NCBI GenBank assembly: GCA_963788655.1
Contig: CAWBHS010000059.1
Location: 64,001-128,000, forward strand
Reading direction: 5' to 3'
Length of the DNA: 64,000 bases
Source: an uncultured Verrucomicrobiae bacterium
GTDB lineage: Bacteria; Verrucomicrobiota; Verrucomicrobiia; Limisphaerales; JAFGQR01
Part shown: positions 41,295-54,054 of the stretch, piece by piece
Position numbering within the stretch: the first letter of the stretch is position 1
Layout of the letters: the number at the start of each line of letters is the position of its first letter
Position numbers and translations under genes: made by a program
The notes under the pieces: model-generated
What the model was told of the DNA's origin: nothing
Seen by the model: only the letters and a program-made list of their open reading frames with translations
Database searches by the model: none

Positions 41295-41756
41295 TCACTT
41301 GTTCGGCGGCCATTCCACGCCGGCGAGTTCTTTAGGAAACTGGGACGGGTCCGTGGGATAGATGAGCGACATGTCGGGCTGGGTCGTTGCGCCGGGCAGG
41401 AATTCCAGTTCCTCCGGCGCGCCCATAATGAGCCAGAGCACTTCCGTGCCGGTATCGTTGAACACCTGACGTATCTGGTCCGGACCAACCAGCACGCCGC
41501 CGTATTGGGGCACGGTCAACGTCTCGTCGCCCACGCGCATCCGGCCGGTGCCTTCCAGCACAAAATAGAATTCCTCCTGCCGGACATGCTTGTGCAGCGT
41601 GCTCGCGCTCTTCCGCGGCAGCCGCCAGAGTCGCGCGCTGAGATTCTCGCTGCCCGTGCGCTCGAGAAAATCCGCGTTCGGGATTTTCATCAGGTTGGAC
41701 GGACGCCAGAAAAGATCTTCCGGCTTGATCAGATGGTAACCTTGAATCGGTTTCAT
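41295..41756 (-). CDS. Cupin domain protein
   Basis: LHKHVRQEEFYFVLEGTG motif. Confidence 0.82.
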   Translation of the reverse strand: MKPIQGYHLIKPEDLFWRPSNLMKIPNADFLERTGSENLSARLWRLPRKSASTLHKHVRQEEFYFVLEGTGRMRVGDETLTVPQYGGVLVGPDQIRQVFNDTGTEVLWLIMGAPEELEFLPGATTQPDMSLIYPTDPSQFPKELAGVEWPPNK

Positions 41757-41794
41757 GATTTTGCGGTTGAACAGTTCCTGGCGATTTGCGGTGG

Positions 41795-42403
41795 TCAACG
41801 CCCTGGTCGCTTAAATCGTTTTCGCGCGATATCGACTTTGGCCCTGATGACACAGCCCTCGACGTGATCGTTAATCAAGCCCATGGCCTGCATGAAGGCA
41901 TAGACGGTGGTCGGGCCGACAAATTTCCAACCCTGGTTCTTCAGTTCCTTGGAAAGGGCAATGGACTCCGTGGACACGGACGCCGTTTGCGGCTTCGCAA
42001 GTTGCTTGGCGTCCGGCTCGTAGCGCCAGATGAACGTGGCCAACGATCCCTCGCGCTTGACCAGCTCCAGCGCTTTCCGGGCATTGTTGATGACCGCCTC
42101 GATCTTGCCGCGATGGCGCACAATGCCCTCGTCTCGCAGGAGCCGTTCCACGTCACGCGCCGTGAAACGCGCCACCCGGGCAATGTCAAATTGGTGAAAG
42201 GCGGCGCGGAAGTGCTCGCGTTTGCCGAGGATGGTCCGCCAGCTCAGTCCGGATTGAAAGCCTTCAAGGCTCAGCTTCTCGAACAGCCGGTGATCGTCGC
42301 TGACGGGGAACCCCCATTCGGTGTCGTGGTAAGGCAGGAACTCCGGGACATCACCGCACCATCGGCAGCGCGGTCTTCCGTCCGGTCCGGCGATGGTGGG
42401 CAT
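41795..42403 (-). CDS. tag: DNA-3-methyladenine glycosylase I
   Basis: RCRWC, YHDTEWG, LEGFQSGLSW, FVGPTTVYAFMQAMGLINDH..C. Confidence 0.93.
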   Translation of the reverse strand: MPTIAGPDGRPRCRWCGDVPEFLPYHDTEWGFPVSDDHRLFEKLSLEGFQSGLSWRTILGKREHFRAAFHQFDIARVARFTARDVERLLRDEGIVRHRGKIEAVINNARKALELVKREGSLATFIWRYEPDAKQLAKPQTASVSTESIALSKELKNQGWKFVGPTTVYAFMQAMGLINDHVEGCVIRAKVDIARKRFKRPGR

Positions 42404-42445
42404 GGCAATTCGACTGACGTTCGGGTTGACGGTTGCGAAAGAGTT

Positions 42446-43582
42446 TCACTTCGTCGCCTCGTCCGCGGGCGAACCATCCTTAAGGTCATTCACCGTCGCC
42501 TCCGGCCAACCATCCGCATTCCAACGCAGCGGCATGATCGCCAGGGTGGCTCTTCCCCCCATTCGCAAGTCACCTTCGAAATCCGAGGTGAACCACTGCT
42601 TGCCTTCCGCGGTCAAAGTCCCCGCATGTCCCGGCCCGATCAACGGCCCGTTGGTCGTCGCCAGGAATAGAGTTCCGCCGCGTTGCAGCATGTTCACACC
42701 GGCTTTGTCCAAGTACGGCCCAGTGACCGTTTCGCTCCTCCCGATGCGAATGTTGTAAGTGCTCTTTGGCCCCTGGCAACAGGAATCCCAATTCACAAAC
42801 AGATAATAGTAGTCGTCATGCCGGCACAAATAGGAAGCCTCAATTGAGTCATTGTAGGCGAGGGGAACCATTTTCGAATCCGGTGCGATTCGCTTCCCGG
42901 TCTGCGGATCCAACTGAATCAGTTTGATGCCGGACCAATAAGAGCCAAAGGTCATCCACAGGCTTCCGTCGCGGTCATGAAATATGGCTGGGTCAATCGC
43001 ATTGTACGCCTCGCCTTGCTGGCCTTCCTGCGTCCGCACGACCAATCCTTGCTCGGTCCAAAGGTAAGCCGGATCGTCCGGGTCCAACGTGGGATTAGTC
43101 GCCAAGCCGATGGCCGAGGTCATTTTTCCGAAGGACGAAACCGAGTAATACAGGAGATACCGATCGCCCAGCTTGATGATGTCAGGAGCCCAATACGACA
43201 TGCGACGGTTTGCTGGGACGATCTTGGCAATCCATTCCGGTGGAGTTTTGAATACAGCCGGTCCGCGTTCCCATTTTACCAAGTCCTGGGAATGATACGA
43301 AGGAACGCCTCGGCCCGTGTAGAAGACCCAGTATTCATGGTTGCATTTCACGATGCTGGAAGGATCGCGAGCAACAACGCGGCGACTCGCGGATTCTTCC
43401 AGAGGCAGGCCGGTCATGGAGTTTCTGGAGTCGGATTTGGCGGAGTCAGCTTGCGCATTCGCTGCGGCGGAGTAAGCCAACGTTCCAATGAACATTGCCG
43501 CAAACACTATGTGCCGAAGAAAAACGGGGCAACGGCACACGTCACTCGGTGCCATAAGTTGAAGACTGTGGATTGGCTTCAT
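42446..43582 (-). CDS. GH43 arabinan endo-1,5-alpha-L-arabinosidase-like (start uncertain)
   Basis: RDPSSI, WAPDI, NAIDP, FGSYWSGI, IEAS, GPGH. Confidence 0.85.
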   Translation of the reverse strand: MKPIHSLQLMAPSDVCRCPVFLRHIVFAAMFIGTLAYSAAANAQADSAKSDSRNSMTGLPLEESASRRVVARDPSSIVKCNHEYWVFYTGRGVPSYHSQDLVKWERGPAVFKTPPEWIAKIVPANRRMSYWAPDIIKLGDRYLLYYSVSSFGKMTSAIGLATNPTLDPDDPAYLWTEQGLVVRTQEGQQGEAYNAIDPAIFHDRDGSLWMTFGSYWSGIKLIQLDPQTGKRIAPDSKMVPLAYNDSIEASYLCRHDDYYYLFVNWDSCCQGPKSTYNIRIGRSETVTGPYLDKAGVNMLQRGGTLFLATTNGPLIGPGHAGTLTAEGKQWFTSDFEGDLRMGGRATLAIMPLRWNADGWPEATVNDLKDGSPADEATK

Positions 43583-43660
43583 AAGACGAAATAGTTGACA
43601 CGAATTCCACAAACTTGCACGGATTAAATTTGGGTTAATTGGTGCAATTCGTGTCTGCGT

Positions 43661-44236
43661 TCAAACCCTTAGTGAGCCACGGAACGCCCGGGCGGCATAG
43701 TAAGACTGCGCGCCGTTGTGTCCCACGAAGACACGACCGTAGCGGCGATCACAATAGAGCGCGCCGCCGAGCTTTCTGATATCCGCCGGTGTTTTCACCC
43801 AGCTCGATGTTTTCGTATCGAACTCTCCCAGCTTTTGCAGTTCGAAACATTGTTCTTCCGTTAAAAGCTCAATGCCCATGGCCGCGGCCATATCCATGAC
43901 GCTGTTCTTGGGTTTATGTTCTTTCCGGGAATCCAGTGCTTCACGGTCGTAGCAAAGACTGGTGCGGCCGTTGGGACTTTGCGCGGAACAATCAAAGAAA
44001 ACGTATTCGCCCGACTTTTTGTCCTGACCCACCACATCCGGTTCCCCGCCGGTACGTTCCATTTCCTGGAGCGACCACAGCTTTTCAGGATTGGCTTCCA
44101 GCCTCGCCTGGACTTTGGCCCACTCCAGCCCTTTATGGCGGCTCAGGTATTTCTCAAAACGGGCTTTCAATGCTTTGAGTAGTTCTTCCCGTTGTTTTGG
44201 GGACAACTGCTTTCGATTGCTGGTGATGTTGTTCAT
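43661..44236 (-). CDS. DUF4256 family protein
   Basis: EMERTGGEPDVV, FDTKTSSW, HNGAQSYYAARAFRG. Confidence 0.8.
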   Translation of the reverse strand: MNNITSNRKQLSPKQREELLKALKARFEKYLSRHKGLEWAKVQARLEANPEKLWSLQEMERTGGEPDVVGQDKKSGEYVFFDCSAQSPNGRTSLCYDREALDSRKEHKPKNSVMDMAAAMGIELLTEEQCFELQKLGEFDTKTSSWVKTPADIRKLGGALYCDRRYGRVFVGHNGAQSYYAARAFRGSLRV

Positions 44237-44369
44237 AGGTTGGCGCTGTGATATCGACAGAATAACTGGCTTCCTTCGTGCGACAACCATAATTTGAAAA
44301 TACTCGGCTTGAATCCATAGCCACTCGACCCAAACTCCAACAAGCCTGACCGCTCTTTATCGCCTTACG

Positions 44370-44398
44370 TTGACACTCCCTGACCGGGTTCGTAGTTT
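44370..44398 (+). promoter_or_regulatory. Sigma70-type promoter of uvrB
   Basis: TTGACA (44370-44375), 17-nt spacer, TAGTTT (44393-44398); ATG follows 8 nt later. Confidence 0.65.
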
Positions 44399-44406
44399 GC
44401 CACCGC

Positions 44407-46455
<2,049 letters not shown>

Positions 46456-46502
46456 AGTGTCTGCCCGGATTTCACCGGCCCTGCCCGTTTTCGCGAATCA
46501 CT

Positions 46503-46621
46503 GGTAGGACAGGTGTCCCGCCTGTCCCGGATGGCAGGAAAAGTCCATTGGCAGCAGAACGATTCGTTAAAGAGACAAACGTTCTTTGGAAATCCGGGAC
46601 AGCCGGGATGGCTGTCCTACC
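46503..46621. repeat. GTAG-type REP doublet
   Basis: GGTAGGACAGGTGTCCCGCCTGTCCCGGA ... TCCGGGACAGCCGGGATGGCTGTCCTACC; related units at 56257 and 56606-56686. Confidence 0.8.
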
Positions 46622-46671
46622 GTTCGATTCGTTGCCTCTCCACCCCTTCAACTTTTTAACTCTGAAACGCA

Positions 46672-47613
46672 TTACAGCCGCTCGTACGCCAGGTCGCGGT
46701 TCTGTCGGCGGGCCAGTTCGTTGGAGTAGCGTAAGCCCAGCGTCTGGGCGTGTTCCCGGGCCCAAGCGGTCAACTTGGTATCGCCGGCGGGCTTCGAGCG
46801 AGTACACAACCGGTCCTGCATCAAGCCGGCAATTTCCTCGCGGGTGAGCAACACGTCACCGACCCTCCGGCCAATCCATCGGGCCGCCCAGTAGCCCAGC
46901 CACGGGGGAATCGGCATGATCGGTCGCCGCTTGCCAATGATTTCGCCGACGGTTCGGACCAGTTCGCGATACGTGAACGTCTCCGGCCCAATCGCGTCGA
47001 TGATACGGTTCTCCTGGACCTGCCCTTGCTCGACGGCCACCTTGGCGAAATCATCGACGTAAATGGGTTGCAACCGGTATTGGCCGTTGCCAAAAACCCC
47101 GAACACCGGGTAATGCCGCAGCGCCCAGGCAATATTGTTGATCAGCACGTCCTCGATGCCAAAGAGCACCGCCGGGCGAAGGATGGAGCAGGGGAGGTCC
47201 GATTCCAAAAGTGCCCGTTCGAGCCGGGCTTTGCCACGGAAATATTCCAGGAGCGACGCCTCGGAAGGATTCGTGATGCTCACGTGGACCACGCGTTTTA
47301 CGCCGGCGTGCTGCGCCGCTTCGAAGAGCCTCAGGGTGTTGTCCACCGCCATGGAATGCGAAAAATCGCCGTGATTGAAACGCACCCAGTACGTGTTGTA
47401 GAGCACGGTTGCACCCTGCAAGGACTCGGCCAGTTGGTCCGGTTTCTCCCAATGGAAGGGATGGGCTTCGACCTTGCCGCCAAACGGATTGTCGCGGTGC
47501 AGCGAGTTCGTGAGCGTGCGTACGCGATGGCCCGCCTTGAGCAGACGGGCCGCAATGTATTTTCCGGAAAAACCAAAGGCCCCGGTAACGATGTGCAATT
47601 CGGGCTCACCCAT
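46672..47613 (-). CDS. NAD-dependent epimerase/dehydratase (NDUFA9-like SDR)
   Basis: VTGAFGFSG, VVHVS, YFRGK, ILRP, LQPIYVDD. Confidence 0.85.
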   Translation of the reverse strand: MGEPELHIVTGAFGFSGKYIAARLLKAGHRVRTLTNSLHRDNPFGGKVEAHPFHWEKPDQLAESLQGATVLYNTYWVRFNHGDFSHSMAVDNTLRLFEAAQHAGVKRVVHVSITNPSEASLLEYFRGKARLERALLESDLPCSILRPAVLFGIEDVLINNIAWALRHYPVFGVFGNGQYRLQPIYVDDFAKVAVEQGQVQENRIIDAIGPETFTYRELVRTVGEIIGKRRPIMPIPPWLGYWAARWIGRRVGDVLLTREEIAGLMQDRLCTRSKPAGDTKLTAWAREHAQTLGLRYSNELARRQNRDLAYERL

Positions 47614-47769
47614 GCGCCCAACGTCTCAACCGAACTGGACGGCGTCAATACGCGAGGTGAACGAGGGATCGCCATGCTCCATTCGTTTCTGCCGGCGGGA
47701 CGCCGGCAGCACGTTGCCCGGCAGCACTGTCTTGGCGTGCCTGTGATCGGGAGCAGGGCAGGGAAGCGA

Positions 47770-48858
47770 TTACAGTTTCTTCAGCGCGTTGTCCAGGGCT
47801 TCGTAGAGGCGGTTCATCGATTCTTCGGTCTCGTCGCCCATGTTCGAAAGCCGGAAGGCCTTCCCTTTGATTTTGCCGTAGCCGCCATCGATGAGAATGC
47901 CCTGTTCTTTGACGAGGCTTTGCAACTTGGGCACATCCACGACCCGCCCGCCCGGTTTGGCGCCGTTGTTGATGCAAGTCAGCGTCACTGACTCGAAACC
48001 GGGCTCGGGAAACAGGGTGAACTCGTGCTTCGCGGCCCAGGCACGGGTCATTTCCGCCAGTTGTTGGTGGCGGGCAAAGCGAGCGTCAAGTCCCTCGGCA
48101 AAGATGTCTTCCAACTTCGATTCCAGGGCATACACATGCCCAATGCTCGGCGTGCTGGGGGTCATGTTATTGGCCGCATTCTTTTGGAACTCGACCAGAT
48201 CGAAATAGTAACCGCGATCGTTCATCGTCGCCGCTTTGGCCAATGCCGCCGGCGAGCAAACAAACACCGCCATACCCGGCGGCAGGGCGAACGCCTTCTG
48301 GGTGCCGGCGAGCATCACGTCGATGCCCAGCGCGTCAAATTCCAGTTTGGCGGCCGACATCGAGCTGACCGTGTCCACGATGAACATCACATCCGGATAT
48401 TTCTGCTTGAGCGCGGCGATTTCGGTGAGGGGATTCATCACGCCGGTGGACGTTTCGTTATGGACGAGCGTGATGGCATCGAACTGACCGGTGGCCAGTT
48501 GCTGGTCCACGGCTTCGGCGCGGATTGGCGAGCCCCACGGAACTTGAAGTGCTTCGGCGGCCTTGCCACAGCGTTTGGAGACATCGAACCATTTGTCCGA
48601 AAAAGCGCCGCACATGCAATTGAGCACTTTCTTGGCGACGAGGTTGCGGATGGCCCCCTCCATGATCCCCCACGCCGAAGAGGTGCTTAGAAAAACCAGT
48701 TGTTGCGTGTAAAGCAACGCCTGCAATTTCGGCATGATGCGGCCATACAAATCTTTGAACGCCTGGCTGCGATGCCCAATCATTGGCGTGCTGAACGCCG
48801 CGAAGGTCTTGGCGCTGACTTCAACCGGTCCGGGAATGTGCAATTTAAGGTGACCCAT
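47770..48858 (-). CDS. Class V PLP aminotransferase (alanine-glyoxylate/serine-pyruvate type)
   Basis: IPGPVEV, HNETSTGV, VDTVSS, GTQKAFALPPG. Confidence 0.9.
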   Translation of the reverse strand: MGHLKLHIPGPVEVSAKTFAAFSTPMIGHRSQAFKDLYGRIMPKLQALLYTQQLVFLSTSSAWGIMEGAIRNLVAKKVLNCMCGAFSDKWFDVSKRCGKAAEALQVPWGSPIRAEAVDQQLATGQFDAITLVHNETSTGVMNPLTEIAALKQKYPDVMFIVDTVSSMSAAKLEFDALGIDVMLAGTQKAFALPPGMAVFVCSPAALAKAATMNDRGYYFDLVEFQKNAANNMTPSTPSIGHVYALESKLEDIFAEGLDARFARHQQLAEMTRAWAAKHEFTLFPEPGFESVTLTCINNGAKPGGRVVDVPKLQSLVKEQGILIDGGYGKIKGKAFRLSNMGDETEESMNRLYEALDNALKKL

Positions 48859-49002
48859 AATTCGGGCGCCAAAATTTCACAGTCGGTTCGCCAAAGCAAG
48901 CGGGGAGTTGACGTGCCGTTTGAATCGGGGGTTTTGAGATTACCTGCACCAAAGCATTGTGCGGAGCTCGGCCATTCTTAAATGCAGCCACCACGGATTT
49001 GA

Positions 49003-49977
49003 TCAAAACTTAAAGACGGCCTGCATGGAACTGTAGGTGTCGCGTGTTTCCTGCCGCCGAAATTCCTTGGTCAGAAACGTTTGGGTGAAGGAAATCTCGA
49101 GTCGTTTAAGGACCAGCACCAGCCCGACTTTCCCTTTGCCTACCAGTAGCTCTTTATGCACCGAGTGACTGGATCGAAAGGTGTTGCCGTCCAAAAAAAT
49201 GTCGTGCCCGACTAACCGGCCTTCGACCCCGCTCAAGAAGTAGAAACCGAAACGGGGGGGCGTCCTGGCGTGGGGTACTTCGAACTCATTGGGCACATTC
49301 CAGCCAAACCGGACCAATGCTCCGCAGTTCAAACTGATGTTGATGTTGCCCAGCTTGGCTCCGCCGTAGGGAACAATGTCCACGCCCCAAGCGCGCGCCG
49401 ACCGCCAGGATACCAAGTATCGGCGATCATACCGCAATTCCAGGCCAGGTTCGGTTTTCAATTGATGGTCCCAGCCTTGCGGTGCTACGCCGTGAAACGA
49501 TTTCTGCGCTTGTTCGGCCAGGGATTCCGGGCCCACCACTCCCAAGTCCAGTCTCAAGGTTTCCATGGTTGGCCAGTCTGGCGAGGTAACGCCGCGTCGT
49601 TGGAGGATGAGGGAACCGTAGAGCCAACCCGCATAGGGCTGGTCGTCTTCCACAACCTCCGTGGCTAGCAAATTCTCGGGCGTGTAAATCTCTTGGCCGA
49701 TACCCCCGCCCAACTTGTCGGCTTGTTTCTGAAACGCTACGGTAGGCAGGTGGTTCGAAAGCCATTGCCCCCAACCGGGCAGTTGGTTGTCGTGGGACAG
49801 ATACTGGATCTTAATTCCTTGCGTATAATGCCGGTCAGCGCCGGCAAAAGCGTCATTTTCCCAATTGAGCGAAAAAATGCGTCCTTCCCACCCATTGTCT
49901 GCGTGACCCAATTCCGGGCCGCAGAACATCAACAAAACGAGCGCGGCCCCGATCCATCCATGACAAGTTTGGCTCAT
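49003..49977 (-). CDS. Lipid A deacylase LpxR family (DUF2219) outer-membrane protein
   Basis: WENDAF..DRHYTQG, GQEIYTP, PYAGWL, IFLDGNTF; terminal Phe. Confidence 0.85.
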   Translation of the reverse strand: MSQTCHGWIGAALVLLMFCGPELGHADNGWEGRIFSLNWENDAFAGADRHYTQGIKIQYLSHDNQLPGWGQWLSNHLPTVAFQKQADKLGGGIGQEIYTPENLLATEVVEDDQPYAGWLYGSLILQRRGVTSPDWPTMETLRLDLGVVGPESLAEQAQKSFHGVAPQGWDHQLKTEPGLELRYDRRYLVSWRSARAWGVDIVPYGGAKLGNINISLNCGALVRFGWNVPNEFEVPHARTPPRFGFYFLSGVEGRLVGHDIFLDGNTFRSSHSVHKELLVGKGKVGLVLVLKRLEISFTQTFLTKEFRRQETRDTYSSMQAVFKF

Positions 49978-50084
49978 GCGGTGAATAACAGGTTATTGGC
50001 AATCGCCGTGACCACTCCGGCGAGCAACCGAGCAATCGATACCCTTGTCCGTTCGCGTCCGATCCATAGTGCGCACCCAAGAAC

Positions 50085-50158
<74 letters not shown>

Positions 50159-50169
50159 AGCGCGAGCCC

Positions 50170-50197
50170 ATAGTAGCCCCGAGGCCGGATTTGTCAA
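50170..50197 (-). promoter_or_regulatory. Promoter of tRNA-Gly
   Basis: TTGACA (50197-50192), 16-nt spacer, TACTAT (50175-50170). Confidence 0.65.
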
Positions 50198-50208
50198 TAA
50201 CCCCGGGA

Positions 50209-50410
50209 GAAATCCGAAGGCCGAAATCCGAGAGCCGAAGGAAGACCGAAGCCTGAAGGACCCAACTCCAAAACGGCAGACGATAGTGGGCAATCCGGTC
50301 GGCCGTTTGGAGGAGTCAACCCCCTCAGAAAGGATGCGGTTTGGAAGCATCCATTTCGGATTTCGAGTTGGGGATTTCTTTCGGCTCTCGGAGTTCGGCT
50401 TTCGGATTTC
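50209..50410. repeat. Inverted element made of heptamer-like (AT)CCGAA / TTCGG(AT) units
   Basis: GAAATCCGAAGGCCGAAATCCGAG...; ...TTCGGCTCTCGGAGTTCGGCTTTCGGATTTC. Similar units at ~53032-53090 and ~54312-54485. Confidence 0.7.
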
Positions 50411-50462
50411 GTTTTGCTCACGCTTGCCAGCGGACAAGGTCCCTGTCTATGCTCCGCTTCAC

Positions 50463-51863
50463 ATGAGTTGCGTGCTTCTTTCTGGCGGACGGATCATCGA
50501 TCCCGCGCGATCGTTCGATGCGGTTGCTGATCTTCTTCTGCATGACGGCAAAGTGGCGGCGGTGGGCTCCGAGGCGGCGCAGCAAGCTCCCCCGGAGGCT
50601 GAGCGGTTGGATGTTCGCGGCTTGGTGGTTTGTCCCGGTTTGATTGACTTGCACGTGCATCTGCGCGAGCCGGGCCAAAGCGGCAAAGAAACCATCGCCA
50701 CCGGCACCCAGGCGGCTGCCCGGGGCGGTTTTACGTCTCTGGTATGCATGCCCAATACTTCGCCGGCGATTGACAGTCCGGCGACGGTGGCACTGATCAA
50801 TGATAAAGCCAAGCGGGCCGGCGTGGTTAACGTCTTTGTCGCCGGCGCCATCAGCCGTGACCTGGCCGGTGAAGAATTGGCGCCGATCGGTTCGCTCAAG
50901 CAGGCCGGGGTGGTAGCCATTACCGACGACGGGCATTGTATCCAGAATCATGAACTCATGCGCCGGGCGCTCGAATACGCGCGCATGTTTGATCTGCCGG
51001 TCATGGACCATTGTCAGGACTACTCACTGGTCAGCGACGGCGTGATGCACGAAGGCTATTGGAACATCGTGTTAGGACTGCGTGGCTGGCCGGCGGCGGG
51101 TGAGGAAATGATCGTGGCGCGCAACATCCGGCTGGCCGAATTGACCGGCGCGCACATTCATTGCCAACACCTCAGCGCGGCGGGCAGCGTCGCTTTGTTG
51201 CGCGAGGCCAAGAAGCGTGGCGTTCCCATTTCCGGAGAAGCCTGCCCACATCATTTCACGTTGACGGACGCGGCCCTGGCCGGCAGCGACAAATTCTGGC
51301 GGGCCGACGGCGCGGGAATTTTTGGATTCGACCCCAAGAGCGGTCCCTGGCCGGAATGGCCGGCGTATGACACCAATTTCAAAATGAATCCGCCCTTGCG
51401 CTCGGCCCCGGATCGGGAAGCCATTCTCGAAGGGGTGGCCGACGGTACCATCGAGATCATTGGCAGCGATCATGCCCCGCACCGTGGTTTCGAGAAGGAA
51501 GTGGAATTTGACTATGCGCCCTTCGGCATCATTGGTTTGGAAACGGAACTGGCCCTGGCCTTGGGGCAATTGGTGCATTCCGGACGCCTGGCCTTGCCGG
51601 AATTGCTGGCCCGGTTCACCACCGGCCCGGCCCGCTTACTCCATTTGGACAAAGGCACCTTGGTTCCGGGGGCCGATGCCGATGTGACCATCATCGATCC
51701 GGAGCGGGAATGGACCTATCACCGCCACGAGTCGGTGAGCAAGTCACAGAATTCTCCGTTTGACGGTTGGCGTTTAAAGGGCAAAGTTGTGGCCACGATG
51801 GTGGCCGGAAAAGTGGTTTGGCGTGAAGAAAATCTGACGGCGAGCGTCCAACCCCAAAGTTAA
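50463..51863 (+). CDS. pyrC: Dihydroorotase
   Basis: PGLIDLHVHLREPG, CMPNT, KMNPPLR, GSDHAPH, DADVTI. Confidence 0.93.
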   Translation: MSCVLLSGGRIIDPARSFDAVADLLLHDGKVAAVGSEAAQQAPPEAERLDVRGLVVCPGLIDLHVHLREPGQSGKETIATGTQAAARGGFTSLVCMPNTSPAIDSPATVALINDKAKRAGVVNVFVAGAISRDLAGEELAPIGSLKQAGVVAITDDGHCIQNHELMRRALEYARMFDLPVMDHCQDYSLVSDGVMHEGYWNIVLGLRGWPAAGEEMIVARNIRLAELTGAHIHCQHLSAAGSVALLREAKKRGVPISGEACPHHFTLTDAALAGSDKFWRADGAGIFGFDPKSGPWPEWPAYDTNFKMNPPLRSAPDREAILEGVADGTIEIIGSDHAPHRGFEKEVEFDYAPFGIIGLETELALALGQLVHSGRLALPELLARFTTGPARLLHLDKGTLVPGADADVTIIDPEREWTYHRHESVSKSQNSPFDGWRLKGKVVATMVAGKVVWREENLTASVQPQS

Positions 51864-51885
51864 ACATAAGCAAAAAAGAACCTGT

Positions 51886-52326
51886 ATGAAACGATACGCA
51901 ATCATGGTGCTGCTGAGCCTGCTGGTCCTCCCGTTGGCGGCGGCGGAACTGAACTGGCTGACCGATTTGCCCAAAGCGCAGGCGGAAGCCAAGAAGGATA
52001 ACAAGATGGTCTTGATCGATTTCACCGGCTCGGACTGGTGCGGTTGGTGCAAGAAGCTCAAGAGCGAGGTGTTCGATAAGAAGGAATTCGCGGACTACGC
52101 CGCCAAGAATCTGGTGCTGGTGGAGGTGGATTTCCCGCGGGCCAAAACTCAAAGCGACGCCTTGAAGAAGGCCAACAAAGAGCTGGCCTCCAAATATGAA
52201 GCGCGCGGATTTCCGACCATTGTCGTGCTAAACAGCTCCGGCAAAGAGGTGTGGAAGCAAGTGGGCTACATGCGCGGCGGGCCGGAGGCTTGGCTTGCCA
52301 AACTAAACGAAGCCAAGAAGAAGTAG
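51886..52326 (+). CDS. Exported thioredoxin-fold protein
   Basis: Signal peptide; DFTGSDWCGWC; GFPT. Confidence 0.88.
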   Translation: MKRYAIMVLLSLLVLPLAAAELNWLTDLPKAQAEAKKDNKMVLIDFTGSDWCGWCKKLKSEVFDKKEFADYAAKNLVLVEVDFPRAKTQSDALKKANKELASKYEARGFPTIVVLNSSGKEVWKQVGYMRGGPEAWLAKLNEAKKK

Positions 52327-52416
52327 AACCACCCGAACCAAGTGTTTCGCAGCGCGACCCATGACGGGCCGCGCTGTTTTTTTACGCCGGCCACAATACC
52401 CCAATCCGCACTTTGC

Positions 52417-52974
52417 CTAACGTTCGGTGAGTGGATGAGTCGGATGGGTGTGGAGCGAGGCCTCGGCGGCGAGATAGAAGCGCCACTGGCAAAAACAGTC
52501 CTTGGGATGCGGCTCCGGGGGAGCAAACAAACATTCCACGCGAATCCGGGGATCCACGGCTTGCGCGAAGTTGGTGAATTCCGCCCAGTGCATGTCCCGG
52601 CAATAATACTCAGCCTGACCGCGCTTGACACGGGCTTCTTGCGTCGGACAGGAGGGAACCGAGATGATGACTTCGTCTGGGCGTTCTTCGATGCGGTAAT
52701 CGATCAGCATGCACCACGGAAAACGCCGCAGCGTCTTTACGAAGCCGGCCAATCCCGTTTCCGTGATTTGAAACCGTTTCACCAGGTCTTTGGCTGCCAT
52801 GCTCGAAACCCGTGACCAGACTTTCTTGTTCAGCCGTTCCGCAGTGTGCTGATCAAAACTTTCGGTGGCGTAGATGAACCAGAACGAATCAACCACCCGG
52901 TAATGCCAGAGGAGGAATTCCACATAGCGGCGCAACTCCGGAGCCTCCATATCTTGAAATAGGTCGAGGTTCAT
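52417..52974 (-). CDS. Hypothetical protein (DUF6125-like, Cys-containing)
   Basis: VDSFWF, CPTQ.AR, C...H..EF..FA..VDP.I.VEC..APP, FC.W.F. Confidence 0.6.
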   Translation of the reverse strand: MNLDLFQDMEAPELRRYVEFLLWHYRVVDSFWFIYATESFDQHTAERLNKKVWSRVSSMAAKDLVKRFQITETGLAGFVKTLRRFPWCMLIDYRIEERPDEVIISVPSCPTQEARVKRGQAEYYCRDMHWAEFTNFAQAVDPRIRVECLFAPPEPHPKDCFCQWRFYLAAEASLHTHPTHPLTER

Positions 52975-53158
52975 GACCGCATGCTAGGCCAATTCGGCTG
53001 GCGGTCAAGAAAAGGGAGGCGCAAAGCCTAAAGACCGAAATCCGAATGGCCTTATTCCGAACGTGTTGTTTTCTATGTTCGGTCTTCGGGTTTTGCCTCT
53101 TGCCTCGCTTACAATCTCCCTTGCCTTCAATCGCTGCCCGTCCTTAAATCAGGCCATT

Positions 53159-53911
53159 ATGAAAACAGCACACATATCCCTTCTTTTCGCTGCCGGTTCC
53201 CTGGCTTTCCTGACCGCGCTGGCCACGGCGCGCGCAGCCGACGACGGATTCGTCCCCATCTTCGACGGCAAAACCCTCGATGGCTGGCACGTCAGCGCCA
53301 AAACGGGGCATAGCCGAACCAGCGGAAACAAGACCGGCGGAAAGTGGGTGGTCGAGGACGGTGCCATTGTGGGCAGCCAGGATATTCCCGGCAACGGCGG
53401 GATCGTCATCACGGACGAGAAATTCGGTGACTTCGAGGTGGTGCTGGAAATGAAAAACGATTTCGGCCCGGACAGCGGCTTGTTCCTGCGCAGCACCGAG
53501 GATGGCAAGGCGTATCAGGCCATGATCGACTACCATTCCGGCGGCAATTTGATGGGCGTTTACGGCGAGGGTCTGGGCGGCTTCGGGTCACGGAATTTCA
53601 ATTTCCTGCAAACCCCCGAACAAATTCGGCCGGCGCCGTCTGAGTTTCCGTTGCCGGTGTTGCCGGAGGCCTGGCCCTTTTTCTGGCGGCACGGTCAGTG
53701 GAACGAACTGCGCGCCCGCATTGAGGGCAATCCGCCCAAAGTCACCACCTGGATCAACGGAGTTAAATTCATGGAATGGTCCGATACTCAAAAGCGGCTG
53801 CCAGATGACGGTGGCATCGCGCTCCAAGTCCATGGCGGCGGCGATTTGACGAAGCAGTTCGTGCGGTATCGGAATGTCCGCGTGAAGCGGCTGGGAACCG
53901 ACGAGAAGTAA
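53159..53911 (+). CDS. DUF1080 (3-keto-disaccharide hydrolase family) secreted protein
   Basis: IFDGKTLDGW, DSGLFLR, GQWN, GIALQVH, RYRNVRVK. Confidence 0.88.
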   Translation: MKTAHISLLFAAGSLAFLTALATARAADDGFVPIFDGKTLDGWHVSAKTGHSRTSGNKTGGKWVVEDGAIVGSQDIPGNGGIVITDEKFGDFEVVLEMKNDFGPDSGLFLRSTEDGKAYQAMIDYHSGGNLMGVYGEGLGGFGSRNFNFLQTPEQIRPAPSEFPLPVLPEAWPFFWRHGQWNELRARIEGNPPKVTTWINGVKFMEWSDTQKRLPDDGGIALQVHGGGDLTKQFVRYRNVRVKRLGTDEK

Positions 53912-54054
53912 AGGTCTATCCCACTCGTTTGCGGACCGTGGGAGAATATCCAAGGGCCAACGTGCTACCGGCATCTGGCCGGTAGCTTTGGAACGGAAAG
54001 TGCAAGTTACTGATCAGTCAGCAGCATAGGCTCAGAGATCCTGATGACCTATCA

